Source: Octopus sinensis (lineage: Eukaryota). From it: a stretch of DNA of 64,000 bases. The stretch is from contig NC_042997.1 in assembly GCF_006345805.1 (NCBI RefSeq), forward strand, positions 196,168,001 to 196,232,000. The letters are read 5' to 3'. A program made the position numbers and the translations under genes. Shown here piece by piece: positions 12,098 to 24,918 of this stretch. Numbering within the stretch: position 1 is the stretch's first letter; every line of letters begins with the position of its first letter. The notes beneath the pieces are model-generated. The model had not been told where the DNA came from, did not search any database, and worked only from the letters and a program-made list of their open reading frames with translations.

Positions 12098-12591
12098 ATA
12101 ATATATATAGATTATATATATATATATATAATAATATATATATATACTCATGTGCACATACGTACATATATGGAAATACATGCATAAATACATATACTCA
12201 TCGCATGCATACACAAACACACACAGACACACACACACACTAATACGCGCGCGCGTGTATATCTGTATTTTGAGACCTAATTGGAAGACGTGTAGCGAAA
12301 AGAATACAACTAATGAGACGATTCTGTTTTCTTTGGTAGAAACGCATTCTTTCTGCTTATGTCATAACCGTTTTTGAATCATAGATTTCTTCTCTTTCCA
12401 TAAACGAATTACTAACCGAAGCAACGCGGAGATTGAGCAAGACGGCGAGAAAAATAAAGGACATAAATATACGTGTATGTGTGCATGTGTGTGTGTGTGT
12501 GTGTTTATGTGCATGTGTGTGTGTGTATGTACACAGACATGTCAAACGTATGTATCAATTGTAGATATATATTATATATTCACAGATATAT

Positions 12592-12633
<42 letters not shown>

Positions 12634-12647
12634 TATATATATAAAAT

Positions 12648-12681
<34 letters not shown>

Positions 12682-13156
12682 ATATATATGTTATATATAA
12701 ATATTATATATATATATATATATAAATATTATATATATATGTATATATATATATTATATATATATGTTATATATATAATATATATACATTATATATATAT
12801 ATATATACATATGTATATACATGTATATATATATACATATACATATATATATACAATATACTATATATATACATATATAATATAATACACACATATATAA
12901 ATATGTATACATATATAATATATATACATATATAATACACATATATATATGTATTATACATATATGTATATATATATGTACATATATATATAATACACAC
13001 ATGTATAATGTATATATATATGTACATATATATATAATACACACATTTTATATATGTATATATATATGTAATATATATATAATACACACATGTATAAGTA
13101 TATATATGTACATATATATATAATACACACATAATATATGTATATATACATACATA

Positions 13157-13195
<39 letters not shown>

Positions 13196-13215
13196 GTGTG
13201 TACACATATATATTC
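11580..13215. repeat. Long (CA)/(TA) microsatellite-minisatellite field
   Basis: Direct reading; short unique island at 12250-12560. Confidence 0.9.
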
Positions 13216-13739
13216 TATATTATATACATCAACTTAATATACAAATTCAGATGAGTTGCTAATAGTTACATATCCTACGACACTTTAAATTGGCAGATTT
13301 ATAAAGTAGGTTATGTATCTGCAAGCAATCTTTCATTTACTGAGATGAGAAAGTGAGAAAACAAAAAGCGAGAAGTAAAACGCGGAAAAGGTTGACGCAA
13401 AAAGAGGAACGAGAGACAAGAAAAGAAAAGAAAATCAAGATTGTCTTCTTTTGCTATAGAAACCATAGGCATAATTGATGTAACTAGTGCAGAGGAACAT
13501 AACAGAAAGTATACGAAATTCTACATGACAGCTACTCAATCTGGAGCAGATGTGTACGCCTGTTTGAAGAAACCTTTCCATGTATTTGTACCTGTTAAAA
13601 TCTTCAGATCTGGGACTGAGTAGTGTTGTGGGAATCTTGTATCTAACAAAAACGTATGATCTTTCTGCTAAAATAAGCATTTCTTAGAGACCCTTATGAT
13701 ATGGCTTGGATTCCTCATTGATTCTCTTCTTGATTGAAG

Positions 13740-13876
13740 GTGGCTAGTCAGTGGGCCAGATCCAGAAATGTGCACTTTGGTTGCACCCCACTGCAACTAT
13801 AGTTTGATGGTACCACAGTGTTCCTGGGTCTATGGGGATGACATTTTCACTTGTTGTCATTCGCACAACCTGTCAG
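13740..13876 (+). other. Possible exon or decayed coding fragment (WLVSGPDPEMCTLVAPHCNYSLMVPQCSWVYGDDIFTCCHSHNLS)
   Basis: ttctcttcttgattgaag acceptor, cag|gtaatt donor, open frame; same frame as ORF 13441-13623 but separated from it by stops. Confidence 0.25.
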
Positions 13877-14122
13877 GTAATTAGGTAAACAGCTTTTTAA
13901 GAGTAAAGGTGAGTCTCGAGGCTATTAAAAAAATGGAAATATGGGATATACAGGTAACCATTGGAAATATTTGTCTATTAACTCCCTAGATGTCACTGAA
14001 ATGAATGAACTATACCTCTTTACCATACTCATTGTCAATTTTTCGTCTTCCATTGCCCAAAAATGGAAAATCTCACCACTTTGTCTGAAAAAACGTCCAT
14101 TTTTTTATGTTTTTTCGCAGTA

Positions 14123-14531
14123 TACTCTCTTTACTCTTTTACTTGTTTCAGTCATTTGACTGCGGCCATGCTGCAGTACCGCCTTTAGTTGAGCAAATCG
14201 ACCCCAGGACTTATTCTTTGTAAGCCCAGTACTTATTCTATCGGTCTCTTTTGTCGAACCGCTAAGTGACGGGGTCGTAAACACACCAGCATCGGTTGTC
14301 AAGCAATGCTAGAGGGACAAACAGACACACAAACATATACATACACATACATATATATATACATATATACGACAGGCTTCTTTCAGTTTCCGTCTACCAA
14401 ATCCACTCACAAGGCATTGGTCGGCCCGAGGCTATAGCAGAAGACACTTGCCCAAGATGCCACGCAGTGGGACTGAACCCAGAACCATGTGGTTGGTAGG
14501 CAAGCTACTTACCACACAGCCACTCCTGCGG
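14123..14531 (-). mobile_element. SINE family D
   Basis: Full head, internal microsatellite and tail as at 6112. Confidence 0.92.
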
Positions 14532-14885
14532 TATATTGACTTTCATTCCTATTTTTTGCAATTACTTTAATATTCATTAAGTTTAACAACATAGTTGTAT
14601 TTAATGTTTATTTCTACTATTCCACGTGAATTTTGAGTCCGCTATCTTCAATAATAATGATATTATACGCAGTTTCCCTTCCTAAATAAAGGGTAACCAT
14701 ATCGGAAAACATAACAATCGTGGCCCACCGACTGGGCGTGTAATTTGTTTTCAAACTGCATAACTTGCTCGCCAAAATAGTGACATTAATTTCGTCTATG
14801 TGCCGCTGTTTTGAAATCGCCTTCGATTAGCCCGATGTAGGTCTTCTTTTCAGTTAGGTAACCTTGAAATGTTGCTATTAGCTCT

Positions 14886-15282
14886 TTTTTTTTTTTCTTG
14901 AAGCGCTCCGTCGATTACAACGACGAGGGTTCCGGTTGATCCGAATCAACGGAACAACCTGCTCGTGAAATTAACGTGTAAGTGGCTGAGCACTCCACAG
15001 ACACCTGTACCCTTAACGTAGTTCTCGAGGATATTCAGCATGACACAGAGAGTGACAAGGCCGGCCCTTTGAAATACAGGTACAACAGAAACAGGAAGTA
15101 AGAGTGAGAGAAAGTTGTGGTGAAAGAGTACAGCAGGGATCACCACCATCCCCTGCTGGAGCCTCGTGGAGCTTTAGGTGTTTTCGCTCAATAAACACTC
15201 ACAACGCCCGGTCTGGGAATCGAAACCACGATCCTACGACCGCGAGTCCGCTGCCCTAACCACTGGGCCATTGCGCCTCCAC
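14886..15282 (-). mobile_element. SINE family A, full length with poly(A) tail
   Basis: 12-bp TSD gctattagctct (14874-14885 / 15283-15294). Confidence 0.94.
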
Positions 15283-15422
15283 GCTATTAGCTCTAGTGCA
15301 TGTACGACGGAGTTTATCAATTGTGAAAGTTACAACTGGATGTGGAGACTAGGTGATGTTTAGGAATTGTATGTATGGATGTGTGTGTGTGTGTGTGTTA
15401 AGAGAGAGTGCAAGAGAAAAAC

Positions 15423-15479
15423 TTATATTTTAGCGTACTTGAGCCTATCTGGCGTAGGCTCAAGTACGCTAAAATATAA
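15423..15479. repeat. Perfect 25-bp-arm hairpin
   Basis: ttatattttagcgtacttgagccta-tctggcg-taggctcaagtacgctaaaatataa. Confidence 0.9.
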
Positions 15480-16049
15480 TTTGGTTAAGTAGTTATTAAA
15501 TGCATCGAAGCTATAGAGAAGTGAGTATAAATATAACTAATCAGACACAGGGAAATCAGAAAAGCAGGAGTTCATAAGAGTTCTTTGTAGATAGGAGTAT
15601 AGCTTGAAAGCTCATACTGCAATGTTATGGATAAAAGAGAAGAACCAAATAGTGTTTCGTAATGGCTCTTCATAGATAAATAGGTAACTGGAAAATTCAA
15701 ATTCTGTATCCATTATGCGCCTTTTTGATGTATTCTTACATATTATATTAATGTGAGTCCCTCCGTCCGTGAGCGTGTGTGAGTGTTTGTGTGTGTGTGC
15801 ATGCGTCTTTGTGTGTCAGTGTCTTTGTGTACTTGTGCCTATGTACTTGTATGCGGGTGTCTTTATACAGTTCGCCCTATATCGGGAAAATCCGCAGTTT
15901 AAAAATGAAACTCAATGGGTTACAGATGTCTTTTTTTTATATATCATTGTTGCCATCAGAGAGAAACAGTAAAAAGGGGATTAATCTATTAAAAACATAA
16001 AAACCAATGATAGCATTGTTCATAAATTCTAATACATCATAAATAGTAC

Positions 16050-16337
16050 ATACATAAATATATATATATCTATATATATATATATATATATTATATATAA
16101 GTATGTATGTATGTATGTATGTATGTATTTAAGTATGTATTATGTGTATATATATATAATGTATGTATTTATATATGTGTATATATTATGTATTTATAAT
16201 GTGTATATGTATGTATTTATATATACGTACATATGTATATATATATATTATTTATATATGTACATATATATATATATACACACACATATATATACACACA
16301 AACACACCACACAACACATACATACATACATACACAC

Positions 16338-16387
<50 letters not shown>
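16050..16387. repeat. (TA)/(TATG)/(CA) microsatellite
   Basis: Direct reading. Confidence 0.9.
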
Positions 16388-16394
<7 letters not shown>

Positions 16395-16480
16395 TATTAG
16401 AGACAAAACCACTATTTTGCAAAACAAACAAGGAAAGACTTAATCAATACATAAAATTTTAATAATAGTCAAAAAAACCG

Positions 16481-16523
16481 CCACTACAATTGTTTCTTGT
16501 CTTGATCGACAATCTTCAGGTGG
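16481..16523 (-). ncRNA. Minimal type I hammerhead ribozyme (left arm)
   Basis: Exact reverse complement of 16613-16655. Confidence 0.8.
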
Positions 16524-16612
16524 ACTTCCAATAAGTCAGTTTCAAATTATTATATACGTACATATGTATATATATATATATACAAATAATTTGAAACTGA
16601 CTTATTGGAAGT

Positions 16613-16655
16613 CCACCTGAAGATTGTCGATCAAGACAAGAAACAATTGTAGTGG
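16613..16655 (+). ncRNA. Minimal type I hammerhead ribozyme (right arm)
   Basis: ccac CTGAAGA ttgtc-gatcaa-gacaa GAAA caattg TA gtgg; predicted cleavage after 16651. Confidence 0.8.
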
Positions 16656-16831
16656 CGGTTTTTTTGACTATTTATTAAATTTTATGTATTGATTAAGTCT
16701 TTCCTTGTTTTTTTTGCAAAATAGTGGTTTTGTCTCTAATAATATTTTATAATATTTTACTATAAAATTGGATTTAATCCTAAATCTGATTTTTTCCCTG
16801 TAAATTTGGATTTATTCCCTAATATTATTAT

Positions 16832-16875
<44 letters not shown>

Positions 16876-17436
16876 ATTCGTGAATAGAGTGTACAGGAAC
16901 GGAATAGATGTGTAGAAAGCAAAACCACTGGGAAGAATTCAATAGAACACAAGAAACAAAGAAAGGAACAACGAAATGTAGTCTTTGTGAGTAGAGGAGA
17001 ATCTATAACTTGCGGGGACATATAAAAGATTAGATTAAGAGAATGATTTCGATAGGAACAAAAACAAAAAAAGAAAACTAGAATTCAGTTCCATTGTTTC
17101 CGTATACATGCGTATAGCTTTGTTTGATTTTTTTTAAGAGCAAAATAGAAAATGTCACATTTACGTTTCCCAATATTGTATATGAATGACGACGTATTGA
17201 CTGGTGAGCAAATTTGGATTGCCGATAAGTAACAAAATCCTGTATATATTTTTTCGTAAAATAAGCGAAATGAAATTTGTTGTTCTCTTTTGTAAAAAGG
17301 ATGATTGTTGTTTAGATAGATGTTTAGATATGGTGATTATACGGTTTTGTGTACGATCGAACGGTTTATAAGCTGAACTGTTGTAATCCAGCGGTGTTTA
17401 ATATATTTAAGATAGTGATTTTCTTTTTTCTTTTTT

Positions 17437-17828
17437 ATTCTTTTACTTGTTTCAGTCATTTGACTGCGGCCATGCTGGAGCACCGCCTTTAATCGAGCAA
17501 CTCGACCCCGGGACTTTATTCTTTTGAAAGCCCAGTACTTATTCTATCGTTTCTCTTTTGACGAACCGCTAAGTAACGGGGACATAAACACACCAGCATC
17601 GGTTGTCAAGCAATGCTAGGAGGACAAACACAGACATAAACACACACATGCATATATATATATATACATATATACGACGGGCTTCTTTCAGTTTCCGTCT
17701 ACCAAATCCACTCACAAGGCTTTGGTCGGCCCGAAGCTATAGTAGAAGACATTTGCCCAAGGTGCCACGCAGTGTGACTGAACCCGGAACCATGTGGTTG
17801 GTAAACAAGCTACCTACCACACAGCCAC
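17437..17828 (-). mobile_element. SINE family D
   Basis: Full family D structure. Confidence 0.92.
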
Positions 17829-18127
17829 TGGAAAAATATTTAATTCATTGAACTGAAATTATTATGTGAAGAAAAAATTTATTGTCTTATTGGTTAACAA
17901 TGGTCGAGAAGGATAAGGAAAGATATTGCGAAATGAAAAATAATTATAAATTGAATGAGAGTATACAGAAAGGAGTGTTTCTTTCAAATTCATTCACCAA
18001 AAAATAGTCAAGCTCGGGTTATTGTTCCTCACTTGCTCAAAGTACCGCGTATTGGGACTGAAACCAAAACCACACGGTTATAGACGAACTCGAGTTCCTA
18101 TTCACATTCTATATATGTGCATATGTG

Positions 18128-18361
18128 GTGGAGGCGCAATGGCCCAGTGGTTAGGGCAGCGGAGTCGCGGTCATAGGATCGCGGTTTCGATTCCCAGACC
18201 GGGCGTTGTGAGTGTTTATTGAGCGAAAACACCTTAACTACGTTAAGGGTACACGTGTCTGTGGAGTGCTCAGCCACTTACACGTTAATTTCACGAGCAG
18301 GCTGTTCCGTTGATTCGGATCAACCGGAGCTCTCATCGTCGTAACCGACGGAGTGCTTCCA
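18128..18361 (+). mobile_element. SINE family A with internal deletion
   Basis: Head and tail intact, ~150 bp of body missing; TSD atgtgcatatgtg. Confidence 0.9.
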
Positions 18362-18599
18362 CATGTGCATATGTGCGTATGCATCTACGCATGTCTATAC
18401 ATTTTTGTTTATTTATTATTTATCTCAGTAAGAGAGAGTTGGTTTGTAAATGCAATTTATATAAGAACGAGGATAATTGCTTTATAGCGAGCTCGTATAT
18501 TTTCATTGTTACACTCAGACAGCAGCCATATAGGCTCTAAGCTACCTCTTTCTTTGCTTTACCAGACTGTTTCTTTTAACATTTGCTAACATAAAAGAG

Positions 18600-19023
18600 G
18601 GATCTTTTCGGTTTGAACGGCAGTTTTTAACATAATTTCTAGGTAACTTAAAAATTTTAAACTTCGTATACTGGTAGAATGTGTTTATAAAACATCTTTT
18701 TCTCTTGGCTTTATTGAGAAAATTCTATGGTTTGTAAGATATTTGTTGTTTGTTTTTCTTCAATTTCTGCAATTTCAACCAATCAGTGACGTCTGTTGAG
18801 CTAAAAAAATATTCTGTGCCGTATGAATGTGTCCCTCGTTTAAGAAACAGATTGGGTTTATTTACATTTGTGAAGAAAAAAAGATACTCTTCCCCCACCC
18901 CTAACCCTAATCCTAACTCTAAAACAGATTGAAATGCAATAGATCGATACTAGGATCATAATTATGGGTGACAATTTCATATGACACTGCTAAAAAAAAC
19001 TGCCGTTCAAACCGAAAAGATCC
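18600..19023. mobile_element. MITE with ~30-bp TIRs and 8-bp TSD
   Basis: TIR ggatcttttcggtttgaacggcagttttt / aaaaactgccgttcaaaccgaaaagatcc; TSD taaaagag; internal ccctaa-like tract. Confidence 0.92.
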
Positions 19024-19274
19024 TAAAAGAGCATACCATGATTATTGGTATATAAATGTGTTATGTAGTACGTCGGATGCCTCCACCACTCAACTCTACT
19101 ATGCTCTAGTCTACTTTCTCTACTACTACTCAGCTTGCTCGACGACGTCTAGACTTCTCCCTCTATGTCTATGTATTGGGCTAGCCTACTTCATTGTCTG
19201 GGGGCATCCACACAACAAAATGTAAATTATATATTTCTTTACTAATATATATATATTTCTTTACAATGTGTGAC

Positions 19275-19392
19275 GATTACTGCACCTCGGTTTCCCAAGC
19301 GGTCTCCCATCTAAGTACTAACTACGCATGACGTTGCTTAACTTCGGTGATCGGACGAGAACCGGTGCTTTCAACGTGATATGGCCGTAAGC
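19275..19392 (-). rRNA. 5S_rRNA: 5S rRNA copy, probably a retroposed pseudogene
   Basis: gcttacggccatatcacgttgaaagcaccggttctcgtccgatcaccgaagttaagcaacg...gatgggagaccgcttggg; two helix-I mismatches, no T-run terminator, 14-bp TSD aaatgtaaattata (19218-19231 / 19395-19408). Confidence 0.88.
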
Positions 19393-20239
19393 CGAAATGT
19401 AAATTATAATCAGGGTAAAGGGCTTACAGATTTCTAGGCTCTTGTTATAGATATTATTTTTCTCGCTGATTTGTTTTAAGATGTTTACATCTGCAGGGAA
19501 GCTTACTTCTACGATTTCACGATTTTCCTTTTCTATCCGAAATAACTAAAATCAAGTCTGCTAGCGTTAAGTTTCGAGAGCGTTTGATCTGAATGTCCCT
19601 CCTGTATATATACACTTAGTCACACATACACACAATCAGACACACACATTCTTTCTTATAACTTCGAAGTTCCGGTCAACTAAGCCATCGTCCTACGATG
19701 TCATTGTGAAAACGTTCTTGTTTAAGAATAATGGACTCGTAAAATAAAGTTGAAACAGATAAACGTGTTTTTTGTAATTGACGCTTTTTTAACAGAAAAA
19801 AAAAATTTCGTTTACAAAACTAAAGAAAAATTCCCAATCCGATGAAATCTCGGCGCTTCGGTAACTGGGCAATTGCTTCCTAGTAGCAGACATATAAAAC
19901 TTCCAAAGTAATTTATCGTTCAAATTGCAAACACATCATTTCTAGTGTCAAACATACGAGATAAAAACTTAGTACATTGTATAGACGTTCGTGTTCTGCT
20001 TCATAGAAAAGAAGAGAAAAAAAAAAAGCAAATTTCAACGAACAAAATTTAATAAAATACTGCTTCTAATAGAAAGTAAACTCAAAATAATGATCGCTGC
20101 TACCATTGGGACAATACCGCTTGATTTATACAAGACAGGTTTAGCTCATTGATTCGACTTTATTTATTTTATCGATCGTGAAAAGATAAAAGGCAAAATT
20201 GTGACCAATGAAATATGTACTCAGTATTACACATCTATA

Positions 20240-20243
20240 AGTA

Positions 20244-20304
<61 letters not shown>

Positions 20305-21420
20305 CTGTGTGTATGTATGTAATATATATGTATATATATGTTGTATGTATTATATATGTATATATATGTATGTATGTATATATATATGTATATATATGTA
20401 TGTATGTATATATATATTATATATATATGTATATTATATATATATGTATATATATATATGTATATATATGTATGTATGTATATATGTATGTATATATATG
20501 TATGTATGTATATATAATGTATATATATATATGTGTATATATATATGTATATATATTATATATATATATATGTTATATATATATATGTATATATGTATAT
20601 ATATGTATATTATATATGTATGTATATATATGTATATATATGTATTATATATATATATTATGTATATTGTATATATATGTATATATTATATGTATATATA
20701 TATATATATATATGTAATATATATATATATGGATATATATATATGCATATGGATAATATATATGCATATGGATATATATATATGTATATGGATATATATA
20801 TATGCATATGGTATATATATATATATAGTATATATATGGATATATATGGATATATATGTTATATATATATATATATGTATATATATGCATATGGATATAT
20901 AGTATATATATGTATATCTATATATATATATGTATTATATATGTATATATAATGGATATATATGTATATATATGGATATATATGTATATATATGGATATA
21001 TATGTATATATATGGATATATATATGTATATATGGATATATATATGTATATTATGGATATATATATGGATATATATGGATATATATATGGATATATATGT
21101 ATATATATGGATATATATGTATATATATGGATATATATGTATATATATGGATATATATGGATATATATGTATATATATGGATATATATGTATATATATGG
21201 ATATATATGTATATATATGGATATATATATGGATATATATGGATATATATATGGATATATATGGATATATATATGGATATATATGGATATATATGTATAT
21301 GTATATGTATATATATATATATACGTATACATATATATATATATGTATATATATGTGTGTGCGCGTGTATATATATATATATATATATATATGTTTGTAC
21401 AAAACTTGTGCATATATATG
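20240..21420. repeat. Very long TA-based microsatellite with a higher-order ~20-bp unit (ggatatatatgtatatatat)
   Basis: Direct reading; gives the 200+ aa pseudo-ORFs. Confidence 0.92.
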
Positions 21421-21954
21421 TGTGTGTCTTTGTTTGTGTGTATATATCTCTGGCTGCATGTCTGTCTACGTCTGTTTGTGTGTATATATCTCTGGCTGCA
21501 TGTCTGTCTACGTCTGTCACCGCATGTATGTATTTATGTATGCCTGTAAAGCACTAGAAAAATAAACTGTGAAGAACAACTCCGGTTTTTTTCCGCATTT
21601 TCTAATGACATTTGATCTTATAAAACCGTATACGTATATATAACGCACTGTACATGTGAATTTTATGTATTATACTCCCGCACGCATGCAAATTTAGCGC
21701 TGAGCAAAGAAAGACCAACAGACAAAAGATTAATATTTATGATTTGGATCAAAAAAGCAGCTGTGGAGTTATTCCTTTGCATAAACACGTTATAATAGCG
21801 CACTCGAAATACCAAATTTGCAAGCAGTCTAACTTGACCACCAGAAAATTCAAAAATTCACGCTCACACATATACACACATATACATCATCATTATCATC
21901 ATTTAACGTCAATTGTCCACACGGGCGTGGGTTGCACGGACACAGTTTGACCAG

Positions 21955-22090
21955 AGCTTTATATTTACTGATCCTGTCAAATTCTTTCGCCGCTATATTG
22001 TGATCGCAAGGAATACTCATGTCAATTAATAAACACACCTTTTTTGTCTGATCTTTTATAACAATATGCGGTTTATTAGCTTTATTAATA
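21955..22090 (-). mobile_element. R4/Dong-like REL endonuclease fragment
   Basis: IKANKPHIVIKDQTKKVCLLIDMSIPCDHNIAAKEFDRISKYK matches the PD..D..K REL motif. Confidence 0.75.
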
Positions 22091-22128
<38 letters not shown>

Positions 22129-22129
<1 letters not shown>

Positions 22130-22448
22130 TATGTTTGACTTTTGCTTTATGTTTGTACAAGTTGGTTCCAAGTCTCACCCAGAGACCTCTCAAGAGACAA
22201 CAGGTTGGAAGTTCACGTTGTTGTTATGCCTAGTGTGCCATATATTTGGGCGGTTGTTTTGGTGTTGTACTAGTGGATGTCTAAAAAAAAATTATGTTTG
22301 TTTTAAACCTTGAGATTACATAGAATGTATTTTGCGTAGGATATGAGCAGTTCCCATGAGCACTATCTTTTGAATTTCTGGCATTTTAGGGTTAGGTAGC
22401 AATCAGCCCCTTTCGCTATCATTCCCAGGGCACCTATGACAACAGGTA
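22129..22448 (-). mobile_element. R4/Dong-like LINE 3' end in (TAA)n
   Basis: PVVIGALGMIAKG...IQKIVLMGTAHILRK C-terminus plus 3' UTR; (ATT)n on both sides; twin at 38939. Confidence 0.85.
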
Positions 22449-22481
<33 letters not shown>

Positions 22482-22492
22482 CATTATTATTA

Positions 22493-23228
22493 TGAAAAAA
22501 CTCAGATTATATTGCTAGGTATGATGGAAAGTGTCAGATGCCCATCAGTGCCAGCAGACTAAGTTGATACTTGTTTACTGACCATGCTTCAACAACCCAA
22601 TGGAGAATTCCTGCAGTTTCAAGTAATGTTGACTTTTATAGATGTTCTATCTTTACATTTGTACCATTCTATTTAAGACTTGTTATTAGTTGAGTGTTGA
22701 TACTTCCAAGCGCGTCAATTACTAAGAGTATCATGTCCACTTTCTTCATTGCCCAAAACCTGCGTAATTTTCACCTCAGAGTTGTTCAATTTTTCTTCTT
22801 TCTCATTGACCCTGTTCTCACCGGGACATGCTATGTCTATTATCATGCAAGTCTGTTTGTATTTTATATTTAGTTTTTGTTCACTACAACAATTTAAGGT
22901 TTCCGATGCCTGATCTGATGGTCACACTGAATCATTGCATCCCGCAGGATCTTACAATCTTCATTCTCAACAACTCTTTCTGGGATTTGGTCATACCACG
23001 CCTTTGCTCATTGTAGGCTGTGATTTCGAAAGAGATCCCGATGGATCATTCTTGATACATTGCTATGTCTTTGGCATTCCTGTTGTGCCAGTTTCGGGCA
23101 TTCACGAAGCATGTACCATAACGTCTCCCCTCTCTCCCCACACTTTCTGTATTTTTCGCTCTCAGTTGTGTTGTCAATTCTACACATCACACAGTTTGTC
23201 CTTAATGCTTGTTCTTGAGCTGCACTTT
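22493..23228 (-). mobile_element. R4/Dong-like LINE 3' part (zinc knuckle plus REL), second subfamily
   Basis: RKCGERGETLWYMLRECPKLAQQ...RH (decayed CCHC), WYDQIPERVVENEDCKIL, IIDIACP, VIDALG; frameshifted. Confidence 0.85.
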
Positions 23229-23329
23229 TATTATGATAATTATTATCATTATTATTGCTGTTGAAGTTGTTGTTACTACTACTACCACAACAACAACAAC
23301 TACTACTACTACTAATAATAATAATAATA

Positions 23330-23373
<44 letters not shown>

Positions 23374-23399
23374 CGACTTCAGCTATTATTAATAGAAAA

Positions 23400-24480
23400 A
23401 CACTTTGAGAACCTATGAGAAGCTATTTGTCATACTGCTACCTGTTTACTGAGATAAAATTTCGCATTTATCCTTATTGTGAATCCTTTGATCTTTAGGA
23501 AAACCATAGAGGATGGGATCAGACGTGCAACAGAAATCGACATAGAAACTTTGAGAAAAATTCAACACAACAACACACCTTCCTCGAAAATACTGCCTTA
23601 CATATCCACATACAACCCCAGAAACAAAGAAGCCTTCACCATCATCACCCAGAATTTACCAATACTTCATAAGGACCCCAAATTAAAGGAAATTCTAAAC
23701 ATACATAAAATCATTAAAAGCTACAAACAACCTAAATCACTTAAAAAGATTCACACAAAGGCAAAGTAGTTTTCTGAAATTACGGATGCAAAAGTAAAAA
23801 AATGTGGTAGACCAAACTGCGCAACATGCCCAAATCTTCTAGAAGGATCAGAATTCCTTTTCAAAGAGTGACAAAAATTCAAGATCAGATCTAATTTTAC
23901 TTCTGCTTCTGAAAACATAATTTATGTAATACGATGCTCGGGCTGCCACCAAAACTACGTAGGGTCCACGGGATTATCACTCAGACGTAGATGCACTCTG
24001 CATCGACAACAGATTGCATTCCCAGAATACAGAATGATACCCTTTAGTGAGCGTATTGAGAAATGCGCAAAGCAACTACCGCCACCATTTTTAATCTTTC
24101 CATTCTATCAATGTGCTATTGGAACACCAACACAAATTAGATTAAATAAGGAAACATTTTTCATTGAAAAATATAAGCCTGAACTTCTTATCCTAACATT
24201 CTTATACAGAGAAACTCATCTCATTAAAAAAGGGGAAAAGAAATATAAAGCGATTATCTCCCTTATACCGGAAGAAATCCCTTTTTACTTCCCCCTGGCT
24301 GGAACTCTTTTTGCACTTCATAATGAATACATGACACGATGTAGGTAAAGACATTTGAGAAATTTGAAAAGTTTACACGAAACCGGTAATTTCTCCAAAA
24401 ACTATGTTACTATATACAAAATTTATAACATTTTTCTAACATAACGACTTAAGTATATTCTTTAACCTTATAAAACAAGC
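23400..24480 (+). mobile_element. Penelope-like element 3' part (RT thumb, GIY-YIG endonuclease, decayed pseudo-LTR hammerhead)
   Basis: ILPYISTYNP; KCGRPNCATC; NIIYVIRCSGCHQNYVGST; KETFFIEKYKP; hammerhead-like motif at 24357-24395. Confidence 0.88.
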
Positions 24481-24527
24481 ATTCTGTAGTTTTTTCACTC
24501 TTTTATATATATTTTTATATATATATA

Positions 24528-24918
24528 TAGGCGTAGGTGTGGCTGTGTGGTATGTAGCTTGCTAACCAGCCACATGGTTCCGAGTTGAGTCCCACTGCGT
24601 GGCATCTTGGGCAAGTGTCTTCTGCTATAGTCCTGGGCCGACCAATGCCTTGTGAGTGGATTTGGTAGACGGAAACTGAAAGAAGCCTGTCGTATATATG
24701 TATGTATATATGTATGTGAGTGTTTGTGTTTGTTCCCCTAGCATTGCTTGACAACCGACGGTGGTGTGTTTGCGTCCCCATAACTTAGCGGTTTGGCAAA
24801 AGTGACCGATGGAATAAGTAACTGGGCTTACAAAGAATAAGTCCCGGGTCGATTGCTCGACTAAAGTGGTGCTCCAGCATGACCGCAGTCAAATGACTGA
24901 AACATGTAAAAGAGAGAG
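24528..24918 (+). mobile_element. SINE family D
   Basis: Full family D structure. Confidence 0.92.

Larger units (their letters stand above)
16388..16748. mobile_element. Near-perfect foldback (~165-bp arms) carrying two outward-facing hammerheads
   Basis: Arms 16388-16551 and 16585-16748 with TA-rich spacer. Confidence 0.9.

Noticed and set aside
18895-18925. Interstitial telomere (ccctaa)n
   Set aside because: Only 3-4 imperfect units, and internal to the MITE in both copies.
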